A DNA stretch of 64,000 nt from Octopus vulgaris (GCA_951406725.2 OX597832.1:57288001-57352000); one strand, 5' to 3'. Counted from the stretch's first letter, positions 12,431 to 25,511 are shown. A program made the numbers and translations. Notes: a model not told the origin generated them from the sequence alone.

Positions 12431-13958
12431 GAAATAACTTTGACTTAAAAAAAAAATCAGAATTTCGTAAATTTATCCTATTTTATACTGTTTGCTAAAA
12501 TTTAAATTTTTTTTTAAGAATAAATCTAAATTTAATAATAAAGAATGACATTATTTTATACTAAATAAAATTAGTTACGTGAGTTTAAACAAATACCTTA
12601 ACATCGAAATGATTGATACAAAGTCGAAGAGTTGAAGATTTATCAAGCTCAGAATGTGTCTATAAAGTGTTGTGGTTTCAATTTTCATTAAAAGCTACGG
12701 CCTCTTATCGTTATTATGAAACAATTTCAATGAAATAATTATAATAATCGTACAGCAACGGACGTCTTATCCGGTTTTCAGAAACCCGGAGTATTGTGCA
12801 AAATCCTACATTATGCATTATGCCTAGAGTAGAAAAGAATATATTGTGCATTATAGGGCGGTGATCTAGAAGGAACGTTAGCACGCCGGGCGACATGCGT
12901 AGCCGTATTTCGTCTGCGGTTACGTTCTGAGTTCAAATTCCACCGAGGTCGACTTTGCCTTTCATCCTTTCGGGGTCGATTAAATAAGTATCAGTTACGC
13001 ACTGGGGTCGATATAATCGACTTAATCCGTTTGTCTGTCCTTGTTTGTCCTCTCTGTGTTTAGCCCCTTGTGGGCAATAAAGAAATAGGCATTTCGTCTG
13101 CCGTTACGTTCTGAGTTCAAATTTCGCTGAGGTCGACTTTGCCTTTCATCCTTTCAGGGTCGATAAATTAAGTACCAGTTACGAACTGGGGTCGATGTAA
13201 TCGACTTAATCCGTTTGTCTGTCCTTGTTTGTCCCCTCTATGTTTAGCCCTTTGTGGGTAGTAAAAAGTAGGTATTTCGTCTGCCGTTACGTCCTTGTTT
13301 GTCCCCTCTGTGTTTAGCCCCCTGTGGGCAATAAAGGAATAAATATATTATGCATTATATTGAGTCGAAAGACCCTGACTTTGAGGCTAGTTAATTTACT
13401 TACGGTGTGTTAAAAATACTTTCATTTTTTAAAAAGTGGATCGATAAATATTAAACATAGGGGAAGAATTCACACACAAAAAAAAACAACAACAAAAGAC
13501 GAAGACAGGTGGTATAGACAACAAACAGATGTATTAGCTTAACGCTGGGGAAGTGAAAAAGTCATTAACGTTTCGAGCCTACGCTCTTCCACAGAAAGAA
13601 ACAAGGAGAGAAAATAAAGAATGTGTAGTGGCTTCACTTCCTGAGCGTTAAACTAATACAACTGTTTTTTTTTTTGGGGGGGGTGGGTGAAATCTCCCCA
13701 TATATTACACGCTCACGTGGTCGCACCAATTGATCCTGTCTCGTCTCATCACCCAACGAACTTTTACGGATTTTCTACCTGGACTTTCTACTATCGTACA
13801 CTTCAGCTGCACCTCTCCTGCCCGTGGATTACACTGGATTCCTCTGCTGATGATATATTAAACATGCTCTGCTTTTCAAGTGTAATAATTTGTACTTGAA
13901 TATCAGTCAGATAAAATTGTGTTCTTCACTTTTCCTTATTTAATTTTCGTCCTATAAA

Positions 13959-14913
13959 CATTATGCTGTATACATATGGCACAGTTTGAGACATTTTAAG
14001 AATTTAAAGTGGATCAACTAGACCCTGATTGGTAATGAATTAATTTGCACAGGCTGACCCAAGAGAGACCTGAGGGGCACGTACTCCACTCAGGAAAAGA
14101 AGCGTGTCCTTCTAAATATTATGACCTTTTCTCCTGGAATTGTATACCCTACTAACCTTGTGGGCAAGACTTCCGACCCCCCCCCCAAAAAAAACCCCAC
14201 CCTTTTTTTCGAGACAATCCCCACATTTCGGCTACGGGGAATACGAATCTGCAAAAATCGGCATTTTTAAATTACCACTCTCCACCCTCATTTCCTTCAT
14301 TTTTACCTTTTTCAGAATTTTTTTTCTTTCAAAATATGCGGAAAAATACAGAGATCATGATTCTGAAAAAATTTCCAAAAGTTTTTGTAAAATTTCTTTT
14401 TTAAGAAGTTTTTTTTAAATATGCGGAAAAATACGGTCATTATGATTCGGACAAAAATTTCTGTACTTAGGGTTAGGATTAGGGTGTTAGGGTTAGTGTT
14501 GGGGAAAAAGTCAAAATTGAAGAATTGGTGAAAGGAAGCGGGGTGAAATTTAACAATGCCGAAGTTTGGCAATTTTCCGGAACCTCCGTATCCGAAAACG
14601 GAGGTTTTTGGCAAAAAACAAAAAAAGAAAATTTTAATTAGACAAATTTGGGAGAAAATGGTGGTGGTGGTAGTGGTGGGGGGACGGAGAGAAGTCTTTC
14701 CCATTATGCTGTATACATATGGTACAGTTTGAGACATTATAAGTGGCTTAATAAATATCAACTAGACAATGATTAGTAAAGAATTAATTTGCACGGGCTG
14801 ACCCAAGGGGGACCTGAGGGGCACGTGCCCCACTCAAGGAAAGAAGTGCGTCCTTCTAAATAATGTTATTATGCCCTTTTCTCTTAGAATTGTATTCCCT
14901 GCTGACCTTGTGC
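13959..14913 (+). repeat. Approx. 200-bp direct repeat pair (13959-14162 and 14702-14913)
   Basis: Both copies run from CATTATGCTGTATACATATGG to CCTTGTG, with scattered substitutions and indels. Confidence 0.85.
14163..14701. mobile_element. Foldback-like non-autonomous DNA element with long imperfect inverted arms
   Basis: Ends GGCAAGACTTC / GAAGTCTTTCC, imperfect subterminal inverted similarity, and internal TTAGGG-like units. Related sequence at about 57505-57860. Confidence 0.55.
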
Positions 14914-15139
14914 CCTCATTTCGAAAAATACCTGGGGCCACGCCTGATTTGAAACTGTTAAGTTCTTTACTTTTCATTGTTCATTTTACATTTCAATAAT
15001 GTATTTACACAGTCTCCGGAGAACTGGAAAATCCAAAAATCCGGAACGCTTCCGACCCCAAGTTTACTGGATAATTAGTCTAGTACTGTAATAAAAATAA
15101 TTATTCGTTTCCATTTCATAATTTCTAGTTTTGTAAATG

Positions 15140-15200
15140 CTCATTTCCGCGCATGCACAACAGGATATCTTATAAAGTTGTCATGGAGTTGTAGGCTGGT
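15140..15200 (+). promoter_or_regulatory. Probable IFT80 proximal promoter
   Basis: NRF1-like CGCGCATGCA and partial X-box GTTGTCATGG about 100-140 nt upstream of the ATG. Possible 86-nt 5'UTR intron at 15199-15284 (GTAACT...tttcag). Confidence 0.4.
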
Positions 15201-15288
15201 AACTGTAAACAATTACTATTATTGTCCGATAACTTTACACGTTCTCCTTGACTTGGCTGTTTAATTTTTGGTGGCATATTTCAGGAAG

Positions 15289-15325
15289 ATGAGACTCAAG
15301 ATTTCATTACAAAAAGAACCGAAAC
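15289..15325 (+). CDS. IFT80: IFT80 coding exon 1 (MRLKISLQKEPK + first base of His codon)
   Basis: ATG at 15289. The peptide matches the recalled IFT80 N-terminus MRLKISLLKEPKH. The exon ends at the U12-type donor ATATCCTTT (15326). Confidence 0.93.
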
Positions 15326-17492
15326 ATATCCTTTCTAATTCCATAATTACATCACAATTTTATTTATTTATACAAGCAGAAACTTTTTACTGAAACTTAG
15401 TATAAGTTTTACGAATTACGTATGTATGTATACGAGTTATGTTTTCATGTATATGTACACTTGTCAACACTTGTCAATAATTAAATTTACATTCGTTAAA
15501 TTCGTCTCAGTTCATATTATATATATCATATAGTAATGAGCAGCTAAAAAAAAAAATGGTTATAATTTGCTGGCGAGTTTTTATTTTTTTGCCACAATAA
15601 CATTAACCTGTTGCTTCGTTCTACGACTTTTCATATTTTATCAATTGTTCCCGCTTTTAAATTTGTATTTTATTTTTTATTTTCGTCTACGTTATTCGTT
15701 GCTTTAAATTGTTACCATGTTGTTTTTTCAGTGTTTATATCTGTCATGTTTTTCTTGCGACACTGAATAAAAACAAAACAAAACACGTACTTATAATGTT
15801 CGCAAACAAACACGAATTAAAAGTCGATGCATTCTGTTACCCCCGTTTCGGCAGACGGGTGTAATAGCAGGCGTGGCTGTGTAGCTAATAAGTTTAGTTC
15901 CCCAACCATGTGGTCTTGGGTTCAGCGCAGCACCTTGGGTCGACCAAAGCCTTGTGAATGGATTTGGCAGACAGAACTTTAAAGGGCCCCGTATGTATAC
16001 ATATGTATGTATATGTGTCACACCTTGTCTTAACATCACGTGATAGCTGTAATCTAGTATCACTGCCCTGCCGGTGGTGCTCTTCATTTTCGATCTTTTT
16101 TTTTTTTTGGAAACTTGTTGAGGCATGGGGTAAGGAAGGGCAGAAAATCTGCATCAACATATAAGGTGGCGAGCTGGCAGAAACGTTAGCGCACCAGGCG
16201 AAATGCTCAGCAGTATTTCATCCGTTACGTTTTGAGTTCAAATCCCGTAGAGGCCGACTTTGCCTTCCATCCTTTATTCTGGGTCGATAAATCAAGTACC
16301 AGTTACGCACTGAGGTCGATGTAATCGACTTAATCCCTTTGTCTGTCCTTGTTTGTCCCCTCTATGTTTAGCCCCTTGTGGGCAATAAAGAAATAAGAAA
16401 ATCTGCATCAACGAATTCCATCTGACCCATGCAAGCATGGAAATAAAGTGGACGTTTAAATGACGATGATGATGGTGACGATTATCAACTGCATCATTAA
16501 GCATCAAAGTATTTTGCCACTCATGTTTATCTTGGTCATTGATACTTCATTCTTCTGAATCCTTAAAACTTGGATTATGCCCTCTATGAATATTAAGCTG
16601 GTCCTATAAGGTGGCAACCTGGCAGAATTGTTAGCACGTCGAGCGAAATGCTTAGTATCGTTTTTAGTCTGTCTTCACGTTCTGAGTTCAAATTCTGCCG
16701 AGGTCGACTTTGCCATTCACCCTTTCAGATTCAATAAAATAAATACCAGCTGAGTCCTGGGGTCGATGTAATCGACTGCCCACCTTCCAAAAAATTGCAG
16801 GCCTTGTGCAAAAATTTGAAACCAATATTAAGCAGGTCTTCATCTTTGAATGCCTACTTTTCCATGTTTGCATGAGTTGCACAGAAATAATTGAGGTAGA
16901 TTTTCTTCAGCGAGATGCCCTTCCTGTCACCCACCCTCACTTGTTTCCAAACCAGATAATATTTCCCCTTGGCCTGACTCAGTTTTCTGGAAAGGAACAG
17001 GATAACTTGAGTGACCATGATGCTCATTTAACAACCGTTTCCTGATCTCAGGATGAGAGTACAGATGAACATATGCATTGTTGTTCATTTCCAATATTTC
17101 TGTGAAAACTTGTCTGTCCATAGGGAAATATTCCCTTGCTGGGAAATCGATGAAGGTTGGTGACAGGGAAGACATCCAACCATAGAAAATGTGCCTCAAT
17201 AAACTCCATCCAGCCCATGCAGGCATAGAAAAGCAGGTGCTAAGATGATGATGGTGATGATAACAAGCTTCTTTCTGTTTCCATCTACAAAATACACTCA
17301 AAACTTTGAATATCCTTAGGCTATAGTAGAAGACATTTTTCCAAGGTGCTGCACAATGGGACTGAACCTGGTACCACAGGTTTGGAAAACAAGACTCTTA
17401 ACCTCACTGCCATGCTTGCACCTATGATAGCCACACCTGTGCCTTGTTATTTATCAACATTTGTCATTATTGCTACCTTAACTCCTTCCAAC
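15326..17492 (+). other. IFT80: U12-type (minor spliceosome) AT-AC intron of IFT80
   Basis: 5' ATATCCTTT; branch point CCTTAAC at 17476-17482; terminal AC at 17491-17492. Splicing C|AT restores His in ...EPKHSELVSCV. Confidence 0.92.
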
Positions 17493-17714
17493 ATAGTGAA
17501 CTTGTCAGCTGTGTCTGTTGGACATCTCCCGAGGAAGTTTATTCAGCAGCCGATGACCATCAAATTCTAAAATGGAACTTAAACCTAAATGAAAGCAGCA
17601 AATTTGTGACGTTACCCGATGGTGTCTACCCTACCAGTCTTTTGTGGACCCCTAAAGACGCCGGGAGTGGGAAGAAAGTTGGTTCTGATACATTTGTTCT
17701 TACATCAACTGATG
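17493..17714 (+). CDS. IFT80: IFT80 coding exon 2 (HSELVSCVCWTSPEEVYSAADDHQILKWN...FVLTSTDG), WD40 repeats
   Basis: Strong match to recalled IFT80 (HQELVSCVGWT...DDHQIVKWN...FVLTSSDG). 222 nt, donor G|GTAAAT, phase 1. Confidence 0.96.
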
Positions 17715-17842
17715 GTAAATATTTTAGTCTTTTACCAATTCCTGCCATTACTCTCTGGCCAACTGTATTTCTTTTATTCTTTTACTTGTTTCAGTCATTA
17801 GACTGTGGCCATGCTGGGGCACCGTCGTGAGAAAGGAAATGC

Positions 17843-17908
17843 CTCCCCGGTAGGGAGTGCGACCTTGGTTTCCCACATGACCGGTGGGGATACTTACCAC
17901 TATACTAC
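17843..17908 (-). pseudogene. Degenerate tRNA-Asp-derived copy
   Basis: The reverse complement GTAGTATAGTGGTAAGTATCCCCACCGGTCATGTGGGAAACCAAGGTCGCACTCCCTACCGGGGAG aligns to 4771-4838. Confidence 0.75.
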
Positions 17909-18591
17909 AAAGGAAGGGAAATAATTCTTTGTTATTTAACCCAAGGTTGTCATACTCATCTATAATCAAAGGCATGTCTGTTGTGTTTCTCCCAGGTAGT
18001 GGACTACATTACTGTCTGTTCTTCACAGTAATGTGCAATTTAAAGGACATTTGATTGCTATTTCTAGCTGGCTGATACTTTAATGATACCTTATTGTCTC
18101 CAATAAATCTATCGGTGTCTACCCCTGGTCATGGGTGTCCAAAAAGTTTGCTCAATTTCTTGTGTTAATCTGCAGAACAAATAAATATCTAATCTTATAT
18201 CCACACAATCATCTCTACTCCCCACCACTTCCCCCTAACTCATACATTATTGGTCATCCACTCTTCAACCTTATCCAGTCTTGACAGTGGTCATTTCCCA
18301 TCCCCCCTCTCCTCACTTATATCCCATTTCTCACTCTCCCATACTTTCTTACAACCTTCATCCACCCACATTCCTGGTCCCTCTACCACATTCACTTCTA
18401 CCCTCCTTGTACCTTGAGGGGCCACCCAGACACTTCCTTACCACTATTTTTATCTGTTTCCTCTTCCACCCAATCATCCCTGCCTCTTCTTTTGTTTGGA
18501 AGCCCTGGCAGAAGGTACAGTTAGACACAGGGGCCCAGGTCTGAGATGGTTAAGTGAAGTTAACTGTCTTTGTGTGTGTTTTGAGTGGTTA

Positions 18592-18965
18592 ATAATATAA
18601 TAATGATAATAATGAAATTAATTGTATACAGTGCTCAGGTGCACCACAACTTGTCAGAAAGTGCATATAAAGTACATGCAGTAATGTAGAAATGTCTGGA
18701 AAGCGAACAATGTATGAGTCAGATACATGCTTGTGTGTGTATGGAGGGGAGAAAATCAAGTGTAGTGTTGGCGAATCTCAGGAAGCATGGAAGTTTTGAA
18801 GGATGCAGTGCTCCGACAACTAACAACTGATGCCGGCAGTTTGTTCCATGCTTCAGCAACTCTCAGCGTGAAAAAATGTTTCCTGAAGTCATGGGAGCTG
18901 TGCTGTTTTCTTACTTAGTAAATATGTCCACGGGTGTTAGATGGGTGGAGTTTGAAAAGGTGCTC
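18592..18965 (-). mobile_element. CR1-clade LINE 3' end (second family)
   Basis: HDFRKHFFTLRVAEAWNKLPASVV C-terminus plus 3'UTR and (TTA)n tail. Near-identical to 42703-43058. Confidence 0.85.
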
Positions 18966-21900
18966 TTCCAGACTGTAATCATTTATTGTCTTTTCCTCAA
19001 GATGTTAGAATGTGATTTGAGGGTGACTCAGTTGATTCTTGGTTTTGCAATTCTGTAAAATTACAGCTAGATTGAAGTCAAACTTTTAATTGCAGTGTAG
19101 ATTTTGTTCCATATAAATGCAAACCAAATTTACTATTGTATTACATACAAAAAATAATGGTAGGATCAAATAATTTCATAGATTTTATTCTATATAAATC
19201 AAACTAATATTATATAAAATTTCATATAATTAATTAAAAGTTCTAATTTTATTTCTATCATATATTTTGTTCTGTATAAATTCCTGAAAGTAGAATCAAA
19301 ATTATATCAGAAACTTGTACAATGAAGAAGCTGTCTCCTTATTCTAAACTGTTTTGTTAATCTAAGGAATTCATTAAAATTTCTCCTCTTCAGAAAAAAA
19401 AAAAAATCTAACAACAAAACAAAACAAAAATAAGCATTTGTAGTAAACCTCTTTGTAATCCTATGAGAACTGTCATAACATTCTTAAGATCAGCAGATAT
19501 ATTGAAAATACAGAAATATCTTTGGTGAGAGCTTGTTCTACCGTTCTTATTGTAAATAACCATTCTGAGCTAAAGAGCAGGCCCCTTGTAGTCATCGTTG
19601 GAAATAACAGGTAAAATCTCTTATAAGTTACATCTTCGCGTCTTAAAAAGAGGAAGGGCACATTCGATAATTGAATCATTGGTATACTCATCATCATCAT
19701 CTTCACCATCATCACAACCACCACCACCACCACCATCATCATCGTCATCATCCCCACCACTACCCCATCATCATAATCATCATCATCACCAGCATCATCA
19801 TTGAATGAGTCTTCTCTGCTGGTTGAGTTGGGTGGTTTGATAAACCAGAGGATTACATTGTGCTGTGGCCCCTTCCCCCATATTTTTATTCTCTCCCCCC
19901 ATCGTCTCCTAGCAGAAAGCTGCTTCCTCTGAGTTCATATTCTTGTAAGCTTCGTCACAGCCTCATCTAAGCTGCTGACACCAAAAGAGCACCCAGTGCA
20001 TACTGTAAAATGGTTGGCATTACAAAGGGCATCCAACTTTAGAAAGTATTCCACTACTACCCCCATAACACCTGCTACCACTACCTCCAGTATTTTGTCA
20101 TCTGCCTCTACTACCCCCATGCATTTATCACCTGCTACCACTACCTCCAGTATTTTGTCATCTACCCCCATGCATTTATCATCTGCCACTATTACCCCAT
20201 GTATTTATTAAATCTCCAGAGAAGCAGATGTCATTAAGTTTACCTCTGGTAAACTTACCACAGGATTGTTGTAGCCTTCAAGGTGGAGGTTAGAAGTAGT
20301 CTAAGTAGAATATTTCAGCATTTGTACAGAGGAGAAATAAATTCAAAACATAATTTTTGTGGGTTAAAAAAAAAAAACCGGAAGATTATTATTATTTTGC
20401 CAGCCTCGCCTGGCCCTCGTGCCGGTGGCACGTAAAAGCACCATCCGTTCATGGCTGTTTGCCAGCTCCGTCTGGCACCTGTGCGGGTGGCACGTAAAAA
20501 GCACCCACTACACTCACGGAGTGGTTGGCGTTAGGAAGGGCATCCAGCCGTAGAAACACTGCCAGATCAGACTGGGCCTGATGCAGCCTTCTGGCTTCCC
20601 AGACCCCAGTTGAACCGTCCAACCCATGCTAGCATGGAAAGTGGACGCTAAATGATGATGATGATGATGATGAAGGCGGTGAGCTGGCAGGACCATTAGC
20701 ATGCTGGGCAAAATGCTTAGCGATATTTTGTATGAGGCTATGTTCTGAGTTCAAATTTGCCTTTCATCCTTTCGGGGTTGATAAATTAAGTACCAGTGAA
20801 ACACTGGGGTTAATGTAATCGACTGTCCCCTTCCCCACGAAAATCCAGGCCTTGTGCCCATAGTAGAAAGGATTATTATTATTATTATTATTGTTGTTGT
20901 TGTTGTTGTTGTACTGATATATGGTTATATTTCTCTAGAATGCTTAAATTCTAAAGATTTCTGTTACAACTTCTGAGACCTTTATTTTCATTTTCGACAA
21001 AAGAAAGAAAGAATTATAATAATAATAATAATAATAAAATAGAAAATATTGATAATAATGATAATAATAATAATAATAAAAACAGAGGAAGAAATAAAGA
21101 AAACTCCTCTTTATACAGAAGAATATTTGTGGAGCAAAGAAATGCAAATGAATGTTGTTTTGAAAATAGTGATTCCATTTCTATATCATGTTATTTCTAA
21201 TTTTTCCAAGAATTTAGAAATGATTCTTTTCCGATAGAATTTTGTAAACTTGTTCTTTCTTTCTTTCTTTCGTTCTTTCTTTCTTTCATTCTTGTCTTTT
21301 ATCATTCCCTATTTCATTTATATGTAGATTAAGGACAGAAAATAATGGAAGGATATAAAAGAAAAAAAAAAAAAAAAACCCACCAAAAGAACAAAAACAA
21401 CAGAATTTCTTTCTGCTATTTCTATGGGGAAAAGCTTTTCCATTTCATACAATTTATAAAAGTATATGTTTTCCTCCATGAATATTTAATTGTAACAGTC
21501 ACAACAACAACAACAACAACAATAATAATAATAATACTAAGCAAAGAACACAGTTGAGCTATTATTATTATTTTTATTATTATTTTTTTCTGTTATTATT
21601 CTATAGTTTCCCTTCGTATATATTTATCTGTCGTTTCCACCAAACCATTTCCTCGTAGCTGGGCATTATTCTTACAACGAGTGCACTAGGAAATGTTGCA
21701 AAATTTAAACTGGCTCACCAAATGCGGAATACGATCAATTCTTGTGCCACAGCAAGCTGTCAACGGACCTCTGTGTGTACATGCGTATGCATATGTGTGT
21801 GTATGCATGTGTGCGCGTGCGTGTGTGTGTGTGTGTGTGTTGTCTTGCAATGGATCTATTGGACCTTGAAGCTGGCAATTAGTTCTAAGCTCTTCTTTTG

Positions 21901-23544
21901 TAGGATTTCTTTCGTAGAATTTATGCCGTGGCATGCTTCTTCACCATTACTTTGCATCAGCGTCATCATCAACACCGCCACCACCACAACCACCATTATC
22001 ATCATCATCATCGTTTCGTTTGGTCACTTGAGATGAATTTAATGAAGTCTGGTTGTTTTCTTTGGGTTTTTTTTTCTATACATATATTATATATTTTTTT
22101 TTTTATTATTCCATCGACAAGTCTGTCAACAGCAACAATTTAAAAAGCTTCTCCCAGAAAGTATTTCTGTATTTTTCTACAAGGAAAAATATCTCGGTGT
22201 CATGTTCCCTTCATGGCTTTTAAATGCACTAATGAACCACCACACTTTGAGTACACCAACACACATGCACATGCATTCATACACATGTGCATTCACACAT
22301 ATGCATGCATTAACACACACACGCACATGCATGCACACACATGTATGCGTTCACATATGCATGCATTCACACTCACACACAAATACATGCATTCACACAC
22401 ATGCGCATTCACACATATGCATACATTAACACACACATGCACATGCGCACACACACACATGTATGCATTCACACTCACACACAAACACATGCATTCACAT
22501 TTCTGTGTGTGTGTTTATGTGTGTTTAGACACACACATATGATATATACCTGCGCATTGATCTAATCAGTCTTAGCTGGCCTGCAAAGGCCATCAGCATA
22601 TTCCACTTCCTCCAAACCAATCCGATAGACTACACACACACACACACACATGTATAAAATATAATATATACACATAGACATGCATATATGAAATATAACA
22701 CACATACACACACACGTTTATAGAAGCATACATACACACCCCACATGCATGTACATACACTTGCATTATTTCTTTGTTTGTCTTTTGCAATCAAAAGTTA
22801 CCCAGTAAAATGGATCATTTCTGAGAAAACACTAATTTCTTCCCAAAAAAGGAAAAAAAATATTTAAAAAAAAAAGTTTCAATTTTTCTAATGTTTTTTT
22901 TTAAAAGAAATTTCTTTTTTAAAAACTGAACGTTTATTGCATGGCTGCAATGCTTTCTTTTTTTTGTCTGTGCTTTCTTTTTTTTTTTTGTTTTTTTCTT
23001 TTTTTTTTCTTGTTGATTCTTCTAGAATAGTGACTAGAAATATCAAGGAATAGATGAAACAATTGAATAAGTAAGGTTTCTTCTTCTTCTTTTTCTTCTT
23101 CTTCCTCCTTCCCCTTCCCCTCCCCTCCACCCCCTCCTCCTCCTCCTCTTCTTCTTCTTCTTCTTCTTCTTCTTCTTCTTCTTCTTCTTCTTCTTCTTCA
23201 GATGTCACAATAACCTTTTGGTATTGTCGCTTGTTTATTGGAAGATTTCAAATCGGGATCTAATGGTTCAAATGTAGCTTCTGCCTGGTTTGATTGTTGT
23301 TTTTTTTTAAAACTTTTTTCTTGCTTTTCTTTTTTTGTTTAGTTTGTTCTGTTCTGTTTTGGTTTTGTCTGATAATTAACTTGATATCGGAAGTCATTGT
23401 AATTATTGGTGATTTTTTTTTTAATGATGTATTGCTTTGAAACAGGAACATAAACGCTGAACACTTGTGTTCACCACTCATTCAGCCATAAACATTTATT
23501 GTTTTAAAAGAAAGAAATAATTAATTGACGTGTACTGAGTGTGT

Positions 23545-24275
23545 ACACATAACAGAGTGTAAGCACCCTGAGAGAAATGTTGGACACAAGAAGCACCGGA
23601 TGTGGCGTGCAAGAGAGACGATTGTGCAAGTATGGTCATGTAATACAGATGGATGAGGAGAGCTTCGTGAAGAAGTGTTGAAGGAATCTGGGGTAGAAGT
23701 AGATCCAGGAAGACATGGGATGAGGTGGTGAAGCATGACCTTCGAATGTTGGGCCTCACAGAGGCAATGATGAAAGACCGAGACCTCTGGTGATATGCAG
23801 TGACTGAGAAGAACCAGCAAATAAAGTGAGTTCACAGCTGTAATCTACACCAGTGTCGCATAACCAGCCCGCTCAAAAGTATCTTGGATCATAGGGTGAC
23901 ATGCTGTGCTTGAGTTAAGTAGATCAAAATCAAATGGGAATTGTAGTTGTGATCCCCATGCCGGTGGAACGTAAGAATCACCATCCAAACGTGGCTGATG
24001 CCAGCGCCGCCTTGACTGGCTTCTGTGCCAGTGGCATGTAAAAAGCACCAACTGATCGTGGTTGTTGCCAGCCTCCTCTGGCTCCTGTGCTGGCGGCACA
24101 TAAAAAGCACCCACTACACTTTTGGAGTGGTTGGCGTTAGGAAGGGCATCCAGCTGTAGAAACACTGCTAGATCAGACTGGAGCCTGGTGCAGCCTTCTG
24201 GCTTCCCAGACTGCGGTCAAACTGTCCAACCCATGCCAGCATGGAAAACGGACATTAAACAATGATGATGATGGT
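23545..24275 (+). mobile_element. RTE-clade LINE 3' fragment with (GAT)n tail
   Basis: Degenerate QERRL..YGHV.QMDEE...R.RKTWDEVVKHDLRMLGLTE.M.KDRDLW C-terminus. The same 3'UTR recurs at about 860-1085, 3020-3280, 4500-4765, 20408-20672, 29245-29632 and 36590-37260 (+), and at 45665-46255, 48910-49460 and 55440-55760 (-). Confidence 0.85.
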
Positions 24276-25511
24276 GTACATGTGGAAGAATATGGCCTAG
24301 TGGTTAGGGTGTTGCACTCACGATTGTGAGACCATGGGTTTCAATTCGCAGGTCAGCTTTGTGTTGTGTTCTTGGGAAAAACACTTCATTTCAATCTGCT
24401 CCAATTCAGTCATCTTACAAGGGTTACATGGTGACTCGGGTAAATCCATGTCTGTTAAGTTCACCGTCATCATTTGACTGCAGGGAAAGTTCACCATCAT
24501 CAGTTCACCAAAGATAAAAAGTGGAGTAAACAAATCTCTTGGATGCCAAATGGTGACTTGATTAAAGTGGTAATGGCTTGTGTGGAACCATTCTCACTTT
24601 CTGGTACTTCTGATTGCAGTAGCTGATGTGAGTGTGTGCCTCTAGACTGAAGAACAGCAAACCTCAACCGAATGGTTGTTGACTCTCATTTGTTCCTCTG
24701 CCATTTGATGGCTCTTGCTTTCCCCCCTCTCTGTCTGTCTGCCTGTCTGTCTGTCTCTCTCTCTCTCTGTCTCTCTCTCTCTCTCAACTCTCACACACAC
24801 ATGTTCCTCCTCTCTATCTCTCTCAGACACACACACATATGCAGGCATGGCTGTGTGGTAAGAAGTCAGGTGCTGACATGGCACCTGCTTTGATTTTGAA
24901 TGAGGTGTAGGTGATGGCAGAGTATGCGGGCACAAGCAATGTTGAGGAGGAATAGTGATAATAGGTTGAAAAGCCTCAGTGTTATTGAAAGTTCCAAGTT
25001 TGGAAAGAAAGTTAAGAGGCTTAGCGCCTCATTTTATTATTGAATATTGTGAACAGTGTTGAGGTTTGTTGCCTCATGAACAATATACAAGAGATCAATG
25101 TTCTCGGGAAAAATCGATCGGCGGGCGTGGTTTTTTCTCCCATTAATCATCATTTTCATTTTTCATTTCATATAACATTATGTCTACGTCCAGCCCGCAG
25201 CTTCCTTTCTCTGTGTAAGGCCTTATGGCCAGTATAATAAAATAACGAAGTTTGTTTCCCAACCACATGGTTTCAGTCTCGAGGGGTAATTCCATGCCTC
25301 GTGGCACTGCTGCCCATGAATCATGGCCTCTTCTTCCCTTTGTCACTGCTACCAGTCGTAGAGACCATGTAAACAATATCAGGGACACAGTCCATACTAT
25401 TCTTGTCAAGTCCATAAAGAAAAGAATAATGGGAAAAAAAAACAAACAAACAAACAGCTTTGCACGAAGATGGCCATCCAACCAGAACTCTTGGGAGAGG
25501 GCGTACTTTAA

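Noticed and set aside
14467-14497. TTAGGG-like units as an interstitial telomere
   Set aside because: Only a few degenerate units, internal to a DNA element.
15180-15192. TGTCATGGAGTTG matches the recalled 5' part of miR-281
   Set aside because: The 3' part diverges and there is no complementary arm or hairpin. It is better explained as a partial X-box or chance.
25143-25481. Minus-strand ORF with hydrophobic, signal-like segments
   Set aside because: It runs through SINE sequence, has no clear splice sites, and shows no recognisable homology.
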